IMG/VR virus record: IMGVR_UViG_3300020444_000002
Span: 1-64,000 of that record
Source: a virus
Direction: 5' to 3' (one strand)
DNA length: 64,000 bases
The first letter of the stretch is position 1; every line of letters starts with the position of its first letter. A program made the position numbers and the translations under genes. Below, piece by piece: positions 50,013 to 59,817 of the stretch. Below the pieces are notes generated by a model, which did no database searches, was not told where the DNA came from, and saw only the letters and a list, made by a program, of their open reading frames with translations.

Positions 50013-50243
50013 GAGCGTAGTTTGTGGGTCGGGATCCCCCTTCGGGAACTTTACCGACATGTGGACGACCCTACTAGTGTACATGTGCCTGTCTAGTTTA
50101 GTCTGTTGTATCGTCCATTGAACTCCATAGGAGCATTTCTGCTCATCAACCCCCCGTTCATGGTTACTCCGTGGGGTGTCTACCGTTTCCAGCCTATTAG
50201 GTGCATTAGCCGTAGGGAAGCTTATTATGCTACCACAACGCTC
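50013..50243 (-). ncRNA. Candidate ~230-nt pseudoknotted ncRNA
   Basis: Starts a few nt after TATAAT; closing stem GAGCGT-TGTGG/CCACA-ACGCTC; GAAA-tetraloop hairpin; crossing helices; terminator downstream. Confidence 0.6.
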
Positions 50244-50296
50244 TTATTATTATAATATCACATGCGGTAGGTGGAGGATAGTGTAGAATTGTCAAC

Positions 50297-50385
50297 AAAA
50301 GGTAAGAGCCACTAATTAAAGTGGCTCCTCTAAGAAAGGCCATTAGCGAGTGCAACGGAGTGTTGCTGCCTGCTAAGGCACTTTC
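50297..50385 (-). ncRNA. Candidate ~55-90 nt small RNA
   Basis: Promoter at 50386-50418, folded GAAAG...CTTTC unit, then hairpin GAGCCACT/AGTGGCTC. Confidence 0.45.
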
Positions 50386-50401
50386 AATTATGCGCTCTTT
50401 T

Positions 50402-50923
50402 TCAAAAAAACGCAACCCTATAATTGTCTATGACCTTTTGAATGTCTGTTGCGGTTACTTTGTTACCGCTCTTTGCCCGCTTTTTTAGCGCGTCTATCGC
50501 ACTATCGCCATACTCTACCCGGAGCCTTTTTTCGTATACTTTAAGGTTGCCACTTTTAGTAACATTACAGTCATTACACTGCGGGTGGCAATTCATATTG
50601 TCCCAGCGGGTATTGAGGTACCTGCGTGGCATAAAATGCCCGTTTTGTATGCCCTCTGTCGTACGATCACAGGTATAACAAATATTGCTAATGCTCCGAA
50701 TGTAGGCAGAGTGGACTCTATCAGCCTCCTTTATTAATACACTTCTATCAGAAATACTCCTGTGACGCGTTCTAAGCCGTTCTGAGGCGTTTTGTGCAGA
50801 AAGATGCACTTGTGTACGTTTTTGTATAAAACCTTCAGGGAGAGGCTGTTTTGGACGTTCGGAGCATTTATTTTTGCTGTGCCAGATTGAACCGCAATGC
50901 TTACACGGCTTCCGGGTCAACAT
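50402..50923 (-). CDS. NinG/Rap-like recombination endonuclease
   Basis: ICYTC...QNGHF..R...TRWDNMNCHPQCNDCN...GN. Confidence 0.82.
   Translation of the reverse strand: MLTRKPCKHCGSIWHSKNKCSERPKQPLPEGFIQKRTQVHLSAQNASERLRTRHRSISDRSVLIKEADRVHSAYIRSISNICYTCDRTTEGIQNGHFMPRRYLNTRWDNMNCHPQCNDCNVTKSGNLKVYEKRLRVEYGDSAIDALKKRAKSGNKVTATDIQKVIDNYRVAFF
50757..50865 (+). repeat. Dispersed repeat, copy D (inside the NinG-like ORF)
   Basis: GACGCGTTCTAAGCCGTTCTGAGGCGTTTT. Confidence 0.75.
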
Positions 50924-50971
50924 AAACTGGTACTGCTTCTGTGGCTGGTTCGCCTTCTGTTTTTGTTTCCA

Positions 50972-51106
50972 TTATTGCACATCCTTCTTATCAAGACGAT
51001 ACTTTGGCTTAGTGCGTTCTTTGTGGTTGCCCGTGCGCTTATCTGTGTCGCACAGTCCACACCCCTTCTTGCTGCGGTGTGTTGCTTTACTTTTGTGGTT
51101 TGCCAT
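50972..51106 (-). CDS. 44-aa basic CxxC protein (not in ORF track)
   Basis: MANHKSKATHRSKKGCGLCD...; TATAAT-AGGAGT-ATG. Confidence 0.55.
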   Translation of the reverse strand: MANHKSKATHRSKKGCGLCDTDKRTGNHKERTKPKYRLDKKDVQ

Positions 51107-51113
51107 ACTCCTA

Positions 51114-51669
51114 TTATACAAACTTAACGGGAATATGTGTAGTGTAGTCTTCTTCTTTTATTAGTTTTACTGGTACATAGCCCCTGGCTCTCTTGCCCTT
51201 GGCCCAGCGTTTGCTTATGTTTGTTAACAACTTGTCTAGTTTTATCTGTAGATTACGCAATTCGGTGATATTCTCACCGCTTAGACTACCTTCCATCGTG
51301 CTAATTGTATCGTCCAATTCATAATAGAGTTCGACAAGTTCGCCCACCAATTTACGATTAGCCACGATCAAGCATCTCTTTCATCGTGCGATACGATATG
51401 TTTTCTTTCGTTTTTTTGTCCATATGCCCGAATCCACCAATGCACCATTCATTCTCTTTCATGCGACGCATTTTTACGTCATTAAATATAGTGCCTATTG
51501 TACCATCTTCAAACTTAAACAACCAACGCTCTTTAATGCGCTGACCGTTAACCTGGGTTGGTTCGCCGAACCGCTTCACTAACTCATCTCGTGGGATGAT
51601 ATATGTACCAACAAGGGCGCTTCCCCCGAAGTCCATATCGTTCCATTTTTCGTGTAGTTCGTAATTCAT
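51114..51669 (-). other. Two hypothetical ORFs (51358-51669, 51114-51371)
   Basis: Promoter at 51697 and AACTAAGAAAGGC leader. Confidence 0.62.
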
Positions 51670-51771
51670 TTAAAGCCTTTCTTAGTTGCTAATTCCAATT
51701 ATGCTCCTATTCTCAAAAAAACGCAAGCCTTTTTTGCTATTATTGTTATATGTACTACAAGGTTAATGGTG

Positions 51772-52209
51772 TTATAAGTCTTTGTAAAGCTCTACCATTT
51801 CTAGTGCCCACCTATAAATGTCTTTAGCTCGCTGGCCAGCTGGCTGTGGCTTGACCCATAGCTCTAAATTTTCTATTCTATTGTCGTCCCTGACTCCGTT
51901 GATATGGTGAACGTTTTCATTAGGCAATAAAGGTCTTCCCAAGTGCTTAGACATGACCACACGGTGTTCACGTTGGTACTTGCCCTCGTGGTATATCTTC
52001 TTGTACCCTTCTGGGTCCACGCCGTTCCTAATAATCTTACCCTCTAGTCTGTACCTACACTCTCTACAACGTACGTTCTTAACAGATTTGAATCCAAACA
52101 TTTTTCCACAATCTAAGCAGGCTTTATTATATTGACACTTTCGACACTTCAAATGTCTCCCGTGTGGTCTGAATTCTTTATCACATTTGATACATATTTT
52201 TGTTTTCAT
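51772..52209 (-). CDS. Zinc-finger HNH homing endonuclease
   Basis: [35 protein letters not shown]; start set at MKTKI. Confidence 0.9.
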   Translation of the reverse strand: MKTKICIKCDKEFRPHGRHLKCRKCQYNKACLDCGKMFGFKSVKNVRCRECRYRLEGKIIRNGVDPEGYKKIYHEGKYQREHRVVMSKHLGRPLLPNENVHHINGVRDDNRIENLELWVKPQPAGQRAKDIYRWALEMVELYKDL

Positions 52210-52320
52210 TTTTGTTCCCTCAAACAAAAAGCTCCGACAGTGAGGGCTGTGGAGCTTCTATATTTCTATTTTAACAGACACCCCCATGTCTATTTCAATT
52301 ATAACCTTTTTAGGTTTTTT
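52196..52320 (-). promoter_or_regulatory. Conserved promoter plus structured leader upstream of HNH gene, copy 2
   Basis: Homologous to 27841-27962 with compensatory changes. Confidence 0.75.
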
Positions 52321-52334
52321 GATATTATTGGATT

Positions 52335-52703
52335 ATGTGGTATAAAGATAAGCGAGGTGTCTGGAAGAAGGACACTAAAAAGAATTTACAAATTGTTTCT
52401 CCCTCGACTCTAAGGCGTAAACGAGAAGCGTTTGAAAGAAAAAAACTCACCCCCGGATTTAAGAGGTGGAGGGTTTATCAATATAGAAAACAGGGTGGGT
52501 TATGCTTTTACTGTCGGCATAGAATCGACGGCGCTTGGCACACCGACCACTTTGTCCCGCTTGGGAGGTTCTATGGTACTAATGCCTACAAAAACTTGAG
52601 GGTCTGTTGTTCGCATTGCAACTACTACAAATCTGTACAGTACCCGACAGCTAGACTACTGTCCGAACTACGCCTTGGGCGTGCCTGTAGGGGCGCGCAC
52701 TAA
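52335..52703 (+). CDS. HNH endonuclease
   Basis: QGGLCFYC...HTDHFVPL...NLRVCCSHCNYYK. Confidence 0.82.
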   Translation: MWYKDKRGVWKKDTKKNLQIVSPSTLRRKREAFERKKLTPGFKRWRVYQYRKQGGLCFYCRHRIDGAWHTDHFVPLGRFYGTNAYKNLRVCCSHCNYYKSVQYPTARLLSELRLGRACRGAH

Positions 52704-53467
52704 ATAGTTTCAAGAAGTTTCTTCTTGTAGGTAGAAGTAGCTAGACGTAGCTCCCATGTCCCCTTGCCCTTACTAACATAAGCCTTGCAATAGTCTGGGT
52801 ATTCTTGGGCAAGTATCTTTGCGTAACGCTCAACACGCTCGTTGGTGCGAGTTTCTTGCATGCCACCTTGCTCCTTATAATATGCAGTGTTCACGGTAAT
52901 ATAATTCAGACGGACCACACCTTTTTCTTTGTCGAAGTGTTTTAGTGTACGGAGGTAGTCTTCTTTTTCGTCAAATTCAACACGCTGGAAGCTTTTTTTG
53001 CGATTAATAATACCGTAACACGACCCAATAATATAGTGCAGTCCTTCTGTCACATCATTATCCATGAAGAAATAATTACGAGCTGCATAGATACCCCATA
53101 AGCTCTTACCCTGTTTTTCACACCAGTCAAACCCTTTCTCCGCGAAGGCAAGCACATTAGTATCTGGTATGAGTCGTTTGCCGTCTGTGCTTAACTTCTC
53201 AAAGGAAACAATATCGTCATCCAGGAACAATATTTTCTCACCTTGTGGGTAGTAGTCAAGGATAAAGTTTCTATTACCTGCCAAAGTCGGAACAGAATCG
53301 ACAACTTTCACCATATTGCCAGTGCCACTAACATAGGCATCATGCTCTTCTGGGTCAGATATGAACACAGTAACATTATCAAGTGGGACACCGCTGCGAA
53401 CTAACGCTGATATTGTTTTCTCAAATACCGTATGACTACGACGGTAGCTAGGAATTGCTATTTGCAC
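52700..53467 (-). CDS. TET-associated (GREB1-like) glycosyltransferase
   Basis: IAIPSYRR...NRNFIL...LDDDI...EKEDYLRTL...GGMQ. Confidence 0.85.
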   Translation of the reverse strand: MQIAIPSYRRSHTVFEKTISALVRSGVPLDNVTVFISDPEEHDAYVSGTGNMVKVVDSVPTLAGNRNFILDYYPQGEKILFLDDDIVSFEKLSTDGKRLIPDTNVLAFAEKGFDWCEKQGKSLWGIYAARNYFFMDNDVTEGLHYIIGSCYGIINRKKSFQRVEFDEKEDYLRTLKHFDKEKGVVRLNYITVNTAYYKEQGGMQETRTNERVERYAKILAQEYPDYCKAYVSKGKGTWELRLATSTYKKKLLETI

Positions 53468-54311
53468 TTTTAGCCTTCTCCTCTTCGATCATATGTAATA
53501 GTTTCTCAAGCTTTCTGTCTTCTGCCTTTTTAGCGTTTGCAACTTCGAGTGACGTCTCTAGGCAGTTCCACATTTGTACAAGCGAGTAGAAAACAATCGT
53601 GAACCTATAACTGCTAGGGCTTGTACCGCGCATAGGGGTAACACCATGGACAAAGCGCTGCCCGTCAAACATAGATAGTGAACCATTGCTAATTTTTAAG
53701 TTCACCTGTAGTTCTGGTACATGGAGATACCCGCCTTTAACATCCTTTTTGAGGCCCAACATAATAGAGAACACATTTTTAAAATTACCAGTGTCAAGGT
53801 GATATTTAAGTGGATTGTTCTTGTTGATAATCCCACTTGTGAAATGGGTCTCTGGCATCAAATATTCGCCACGAACATTAGCGGCAAGTTCAGAGTGGTT
53901 TTGGTACCTTTCTGGAGCAAATTTACCATACAACTCCTCAGCGATATGGGCCACATGGAAAAGTTCGTCCTCAATACTCTTGTACTTATTTCCAAAGGCA
54001 GTCTTAGAGCATGTTTTCTTACCGGCCAAACCAACCATACGCGGTCGATAGCCAATAATCTCAGATTGGGTAACAAGCCCGTTTGTTCGCTTGTTCACAG
54101 AAAACTTTACGCCAGCCAAAGCGTCAATCATACCAGTCGTGTCGATTTCACTTTCGTTATCCTTGTAAATAACAAGTGTCTCACCAGTGGTCTCCTCGAT
54201 AATAACTGTGTCTTCGTCAATTATCGGGTCGTTATTCTCTAGAGCTTTCTGGCTAAGGAGTTCTTTGGTGTTTTTTGGGGCTTGCGCTAGATTAACGTAT
54301 AGCTTCTTCAT
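53448..54311 (-). CDS. TET/JBP-family 2OG-Fe(II) dioxygenase
   Basis: FTSGIINKN...YHLDTGN (HxD)...GGYL...HGVTP...RFTIVFY. Confidence 0.87.
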   Translation of the reverse strand: MKKLYVNLAQAPKNTKELLSQKALENNDPIIDEDTVIIEETTGETLVIYKDNESEIDTTGMIDALAGVKFSVNKRTNGLVTQSEIIGYRPRMVGLAGKKTCSKTAFGNKYKSIEDELFHVAHIAEELYGKFAPERYQNHSELAANVRGEYLMPETHFTSGIINKNNPLKYHLDTGNFKNVFSIMLGLKKDVKGGYLHVPELQVNLKISNGSLSMFDGQRFVHGVTPMRGTSPSSYRFTIVFYSLVQMWNCLETSLEVANAKKAEDRKLEKLLHMIEEEKAKSANSNS

Positions 54312-54936
54312 ACTGGTCCTTAACTGCCTGCACTACCGCATCAGTGACCGTCTCGACACCATATTTTTCACGGAAGTAGTTAGCGTATGTCATAAACTCA
54401 ACGAATGAAGCTTTATCGAAGGTCAAAGAGACAGACATAGAGTCGCGCAATTCCTGGTCTGCGAGAGCGTCACCCGGTGTACGACTATCCTCTTTTAGCC
54501 CTTGGACCTCATCACCTAATTCGTAAAAACGGATGCCATCAAAATTTGTTGTCTCGAATATCTCAGCCTCTGGCAATTCATAAGTAGCGATAAAGTTATC
54601 GATACCCTCTTGCGTGATAGTTCCGTACTGTGAGGTGATTTGGAGTAGTCGCTTCATGGCTGTTGCCATATCCGGAGCTTCAACCGTTAGGTAAGGGATT
54701 GGTACATCTTCCCAGCCCTCTTTAGTCAGTAGCCGTTTACGTTGGTGTCCGTCCAGAAGCCACTTCTGGCCAGTCTCATCTGTCCATTGCGCAACAGGTA
54801 TGTCAAACCCATTTTCAAGGATTGCGTTCTTTAGCTTTTCATAATTTTCATTTGATAAATATTTTAATTCGCCTTGGCTAGCCTCAAACTCCGAAATAGG
54901 CGCTGTGGGCAACTTGTTGGGGTTATTTACTTTCAT
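54292..54936 (-). CDS. ParB/Srx-like N-terminal domain protein
   Basis: LKNAILENGFDIP...LLDGHQR. Confidence 0.8.
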   Translation of the reverse strand: MKVNNPNKLPTAPISEFEASQGELKYLSNENYEKLKNAILENGFDIPVAQWTDETGQKWLLDGHQRKRLLTKEGWEDVPIPYLTVEAPDMATAMKRLLQITSQYGTITQEGIDNFIATYELPEAEIFETTNFDGIRFYELGDEVQGLKEDSRTPGDALADQELRDSMSVSLTFDKASFVEFMTYANYFREKYGVETVTDAVVQAVKDQYEEAIR

Positions 54937-54998
54937 CTTTAATCCGTCTCACGCCTAATCGTTTCGCTCTGCGAGTACCGACAAAGGCATTATTTATT

Positions 54999-56290
54999 TT
55001 AATTAATATCTTGCTCACTAAAGAGGCGTTCATCTTTTGCATAGTCATAGTCTATATCATCACTTCCGTATACGTCCATAGAGTCGTCATGGTTCTCTAA
55101 CGCGACAACAACAGCGCCCCCTATTTTTCTCACTACACCCTCCAGTGCCTCTTTAGCCTGTTCTACGATGCGTGGTTTTTCCATATCTTTATTATACCTT
55201 ATTTTAGTTTACCAATCAACTCATGTAAAAGGGAAGCTATACCGCTTAGCGCAAAAACACTGATAACGAAGGTGGCAATACTATCCGACAATAGTAGTGC
55301 CAGCGGAACTGCAACCCAAATTGACAGGCAATAAAAGCAACTAACTAAGTCAAACATTCCACCCATTCGCTTTTGACGCTGGGCTAACTTTGCTCTAACT
55401 TTTGTAAAAATATCTAGCGGACCGCGCTCTGTCCACAACATTCTTGTTATGCGCCAAACTGCAACACTAGCTAAAAGCCAATAATCCATTGCACAATCTT
55501 ATATGTTACGGCTACAATGATGGCAATAATACATCCGCCAATAATGACACTTGCAACCCTAGTAGCGGTGCTTTCTTTCCTGCTGTCCACTATACTTCCT
55601 CCATTTTTATTTCATTTTCTTCGCGCACCTCATCAGGGTTCTCCTCTATATGTTTCAGCCTATCTTCATGGCTAGAGATAGCGTTTTTGTAAACATTAAT
55701 TCGCCCTTGGTGAAACAGTTTTTCAAGTTCGACATAATCGACGGTTTTAAGGAGACCTTCAAGTGTTTTCTTACACTCGTCATATGTATAAAAAGACATA
55801 GCGACTGGTTGAATCTCTTTTTTAAGCCCATTAATCATAAAGCCATATTTCACTTTACCAGGCTCAAGCGAACTCGCACTAATCTGCACTGTGTAATCTA
55901 GTGTACTGTCCTTAAACGCCTTGCGGATAACTTTGCGGCATAGTTTCTCTAGTTCTGTAACTCTTTCTGTTTGTGTTTTTGGCATTATCTCTTGTTCCTT
56001 TTTTTCTTTAATGAATGTGTTGCTTTTGTATACTTCGGGTCAGAGGCTGGCTTATGGCGACGAGCTGCACGGTTCTTTGTAACCATATTACCATCATTGT
56101 CAAAATATGTGACGGCCTTGCCGGTTGGCTTAACTTCTGCCTTTTTTGGTTTTGGACCCTGCCCTGGGTGGCCTTGTATGCGATAAGCCCAATATTTCTG
56201 CTTCTCTGGCGATAGAGTCTTAATAAACTCTTCATCAATCCAACTTGGCGGCACATACTTACGTTCTTTTTTTTGTGTTTCAGGAGCCAT
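54999..56290 (-). other. Hypothetical ORFs 54999-55184, 55199-55489 (DUF1360-like membrane protein), 55590-55985, 55985-56290
   Basis: Co-oriented ORFs; AVWRITR...LVSCFYCLSIW in 55199-55489. Confidence 0.62.
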
Positions 56291-56294
56291 ATTC

Positions 56295-57308
56295 TTATTC
56301 TACCTTTTTCTTCTTATGGTTGTCAAGTATTATGTCCGTTCTTTCGTTGGAGAACTTTAGTCTCTGAGAAACGCCGACATTGATGTAGTTTGTAAGTTTG
56401 TTACGCGAAACATTTGGTTTATCTATGAAAGACAAACCGTTCCAGCCCAGCAATTGCCTCCACGCCTCATCCACAGTGTATTCTATGTCTGGCACGAAAA
56501 ATTCTACCCCCTCAAATTCTGGGTATATGTCTAACACGAGAGCCATTTCTGGCAATATACGGACAAGAAGCCCCATTTTCTGTAACTCAAGAATACCAGT
56601 GTCACGATGCTTTGACATCAACAACTTATCCAACTCCTGCACCCAACGCTCCACCGACACATCGTAAATACGGTCTGCAAGCTGGCGAGCCTTACCGATA
56701 AAGTTAGGGTCAATAGTGAAGCCATATCTCGCAGCGAATCGTGCAGCGCGAAGCATGCGCAGTGGGTCTTCCTGGATTCTATCCTTGTCATTGCCGACTG
56801 TAACAATCTGCTTAGAGTGAATATGCAACTTGCCACCATATGGGTCATAGATTGTTCCATCTGGACGAAGCACCATGGCGTTCATAGTGAAGTCACGACG
56901 AGCTAAATCTTCGTCTAAAGAAGGCACAAACTGGACTTCTGGCTTGCGAGACTTGTTAGTGTATACTTCTGAGCGGAAGGTTGTTACTTCAACGTACTCA
57001 TATACTGTCTTTTCTGACCAATATTCCTCATTCACCTCGTCTTCTTCGCTGTAGTACTCTTCGTTGACAGTTACCACATATGGCACCTTAAACCCAATAG
57101 TGCCAAATTTCTTGCCGATTGCATAGGATTTACGTCCAGCCTCTTTTACCTTAGCCTCAATATCATCAGGAAGCATAGAAGTAGTGAAGTCGTAATCTTT
57201 TGGCTCATTTCCCATAACTACATCACGAACAGAACCGCCAACAAGATACACCTCATCAGTTCCGAGGATTTCAATTACTTGTTTTTGTATTGCTAATGCT
57301 TTTTCCAT
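56295..57308 (-). CDS. CCA-adding enzyme / poly(A) polymerase family nucleotidyltransferase
   Basis: YLVGGSVRD, DYDFTT, EDLARRDFTMNAM, EDPLRMLRAARF. Confidence 0.93.
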   Translation of the reverse strand: MEKALAIQKQVIEILGTDEVYLVGGSVRDVVMGNEPKDYDFTTSMLPDDIEAKVKEAGRKSYAIGKKFGTIGFKVPYVVTVNEEYYSEEDEVNEEYWSEKTVYEYVEVTTFRSEVYTNKSRKPEVQFVPSLDEDLARRDFTMNAMVLRPDGTIYDPYGGKLHIHSKQIVTVGNDKDRIQEDPLRMLRAARFAARYGFTIDPNFIGKARQLADRIYDVSVERWVQELDKLLMSKHRDTGILELQKMGLLVRILPEMALVLDIYPEFEGVEFFVPDIEYTVDEAWRQLLGWNGLSFIDKPNVSRNKLTNYINVGVSQRLKFSNERTDIILDNHKKKKVE

Positions 57309-57804
57309 TTTTGTTGTGCCTCATTAATATGTGTTTTACGTCCTTTTTTGTTTCAGCGTCCATAATTGGTGTGTCGTCTGGATATATAGTGGTAACCATA
57401 CCGTCGTCGGAATACCGCCTATCTGGGTGTTCAAGTATTTCGCTAACAACATCCAGCATATCTACACCCTTGTACCTTTCTAAGTATCTTACAATTGCAT
57501 GGTCAGATACTTTGCCGGAAACTTTTACTCCTGAATATTCTCCTTTTAGCTGGCCGATAGATTGAGATATATGCTTTATAGCCTGTACCGTTTCTTTCAT
57601 TTTATGGCTTATAGCATCAATCTTCTTACTATGGAGGTTCCTTTCTCTTTTCATCTCTGATAACCCCTCCGTAAGGACCTTTCGCTTCTCGACTAACTTT
57701 TTTAGCCTCTCTTCTTTGTCCATAGTCACCTCATTAACTGGTCCCACATGCCAGGTCTGTAATGGCCAACCTTGATATAGTTTGAGAGTGTGACACTGGC
57801 CCAA
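57271..57804 (-). CDS. Coiled-coil hypothetical protein (start probably MDKEE at 57723)
   Basis: VSDHAIVRYLER motif. Confidence 0.6.
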   Translation of the reverse strand: MGQCHTLKLYQGWPLQTWHVGPVNEVTMDKEERLKKLVEKRKVLTEGLSEMKRERNLHSKKIDAISHKMKETVQAIKHISQSIGQLKGEYSGVKVSGKVSDHAIVRYLERYKGVDMLDVVSEILEHPDRRYSDDGMVTTIYPDDTPIMDAETKKDVKHILMRHNKNGKSISNTKTSN

Positions 57805-57865
57805 TATAGAACTTTCTCGTCCTGGCTTTCTGGGTTCAACTCATGCGGCGCTGGAAAGTCCTCCA

Positions 57866-58591
57866 TCAAACATTAACCCTTCTGATACTGTACAATATCT
57901 TATCAAGTTCTGCCCAATTAGGTTCATCTGGCAGTACAGAGGTAATATCTTCCAGCTTGCTATCCTCGGCTATGAATGTATCAACGACTGTTTCTGGAGT
58001 TTGTTCCCCCATCTTGAACAGCCATTCTCGCTGCTCTGGCGTGACACGAACCGTAAGTTCACCAGTTTCAAGGAGCTGGCGACACTGTAGCAACAGGCGG
58101 AAGCAATGGCGGGTATGCTTTGCAAAACGATTCTTCATAGAGCTATCGTAACCTTCCATGCCCTCTGCCTGTCGCTTGCTCAACTTCATTGCTTGCCCAA
58201 GCGCATACCCTCTATATGCATTCATAACTGCCCTTGTAGACAAAAAGCTCTTTCGGTTCTCGACAAGTATTTTACCGACAGGGGTAAGAACAGTATAGTC
58301 GTCAAGCCACAGCAATTCTGAGAAAGTAGGATTGCCATTAGCCACTAATTTCATAAATTTTCCCACTTCATGATATACCCAGTCTGGGTCTACATGGTCT
58401 TTTGTGGTTTTTGCCGGGTTAAAGTTAAGGGACAAGACAGTGCTTGTTGGTAGAACATACACGCCTTTAATATCAATGTCAGAATTTTTCGTATCTAGCC
58501 CGTAGGCTACAGACCCAGTAACGCCCTCTAATATAATGTCTAGTCCGCCTGGCCGCTGTTCTTCTGCTATTTTCTTAAAATCTCTTTTCAT
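57866..58591 (-). CDS. Pol-beta superfamily nucleotidyltransferase (YcgL/RlaP-like)
   Basis: GSVAYGLDTKNSDIDIKGVY...NGNPT..ELLW...HCFRLL. Confidence 0.85.
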   Translation of the reverse strand: MKRDFKKIAEEQRPGGLDIILEGVTGSVAYGLDTKNSDIDIKGVYVLPTSTVLSLNFNPAKTTKDHVDPDWVYHEVGKFMKLVANGNPTFSELLWLDDYTVLTPVGKILVENRKSFLSTRAVMNAYRGYALGQAMKLSKRQAEGMEGYDSSMKNRFAKHTRHCFRLLLQCRQLLETGELTVRVTPEQREWLFKMGEQTPETVVDTFIAEDSKLEDITSVLPDEPNWAELDKILYSIRRVNV

Positions 58592-58646
58592 TTTTTCTAC
58601 CTTAACCTCTATTATAAAGAAGTTTAAGCGTTTTCGCAAGAGTTTT

Positions 58647-59817
58647 TTAAGACTTTATTTCACGAACGTAACGACCAGTAACATTACTCTCAGCATAGAA
58701 AGAATTATATTCTCTCTTTTTTGCCAATAACTGGTCAATCAATTTTAGGTCACTCTTCTTGACCTCTAATTGACGCACTTTGTGACGAGCTGGTGGCTTA
58801 CCAGTGTAAAAGTGTATATAGCTACTATCTAGTTCTTTTCTTAGCAATTCAGCAAGGTCTTTTATTGGTTCTTTGTCGCTATTAGAATCATAGAAATGTA
58901 TCCATGCAAAAACCTTAACAGGCTTATCCAACTTTCTCCATCTAGTCTCACGACGATTGTACGACCATGGCTGTCTAGTTTCTATACTATACTCTTCCAT
59001 AGTGTCCCACACCTCACCAATACATATATCTGTCTGGGTAAGGGTAGAATACACCCCACCAATCTCCCACTTAGAAGTCTTTTTAGCCTTCTTTAAATTA
59101 GCCTTTTGCTGCATATCCGCCATAGCCTCTTTGTAAGCTTCCATACCTTCATGGATAAACCCTGGCTGCCCCCCACGACGGGCAAACATAACACCTTCTG
59201 TTACCCGACCATTCTTCATATCACTATTACGAATAAGGTCTGCAAGGATAGAATCATTAACGCCGACGATGAACTCTACGCCGTCTTTCTCAACCCTACA
59301 TTTCCAGAATGAAAGACGACCACCCTGCGAAGAACCGCCAGCAGAATCTAAAATTGTGACTATAAACCCTTTGTTATCAAATGTATGTACGTTGGGTTCA
59401 TACACAATAGTCTCTTTTTTGCTATCATACTTGTTTTCATAACGACGTGCCCATTCCTCAGCCTTTACACGAGAATCATTATCATCTGCATCAAATATAT
59501 AACCACTAAACTGTTCTCTACCTCGCCATTTTTCGGGTTCGCGCGAACAAATAGCCACACCAACCTTGTCCATCATTTTCCAGTAATTATACGCCATTAT
59601 TACCTTTCTGTATTAGTTCATACCATGATTCAGCATCTATCTCGTCAGTGTCAAACATATGTTCACCGCAGTAGCTGGTGTAGCCTATAGACCTATTAAA
59701 GTCGTTACAGTCAAGGTTCATCAAGGCGGCATATATATGCGCCACTTCGCGACCAGTTACCTCAACCTTGAAAACCTTCTCGTCAAAACATTTTTCGCCA
59801 TTATCTAATATTTTCAT
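58647..59817 (-). other. Hypothetical ORFs 58647-59597 (316 aa) and 59587-59817
   Basis: Co-transcribed with the Pth2-like gene. Confidence 0.62.

Noticed and set aside
50085-50125. ACAGACTAAA resembling the group I intron R element
   Set aside because: No matching S element (TAGTC) downstream and no interrupted gene around it.
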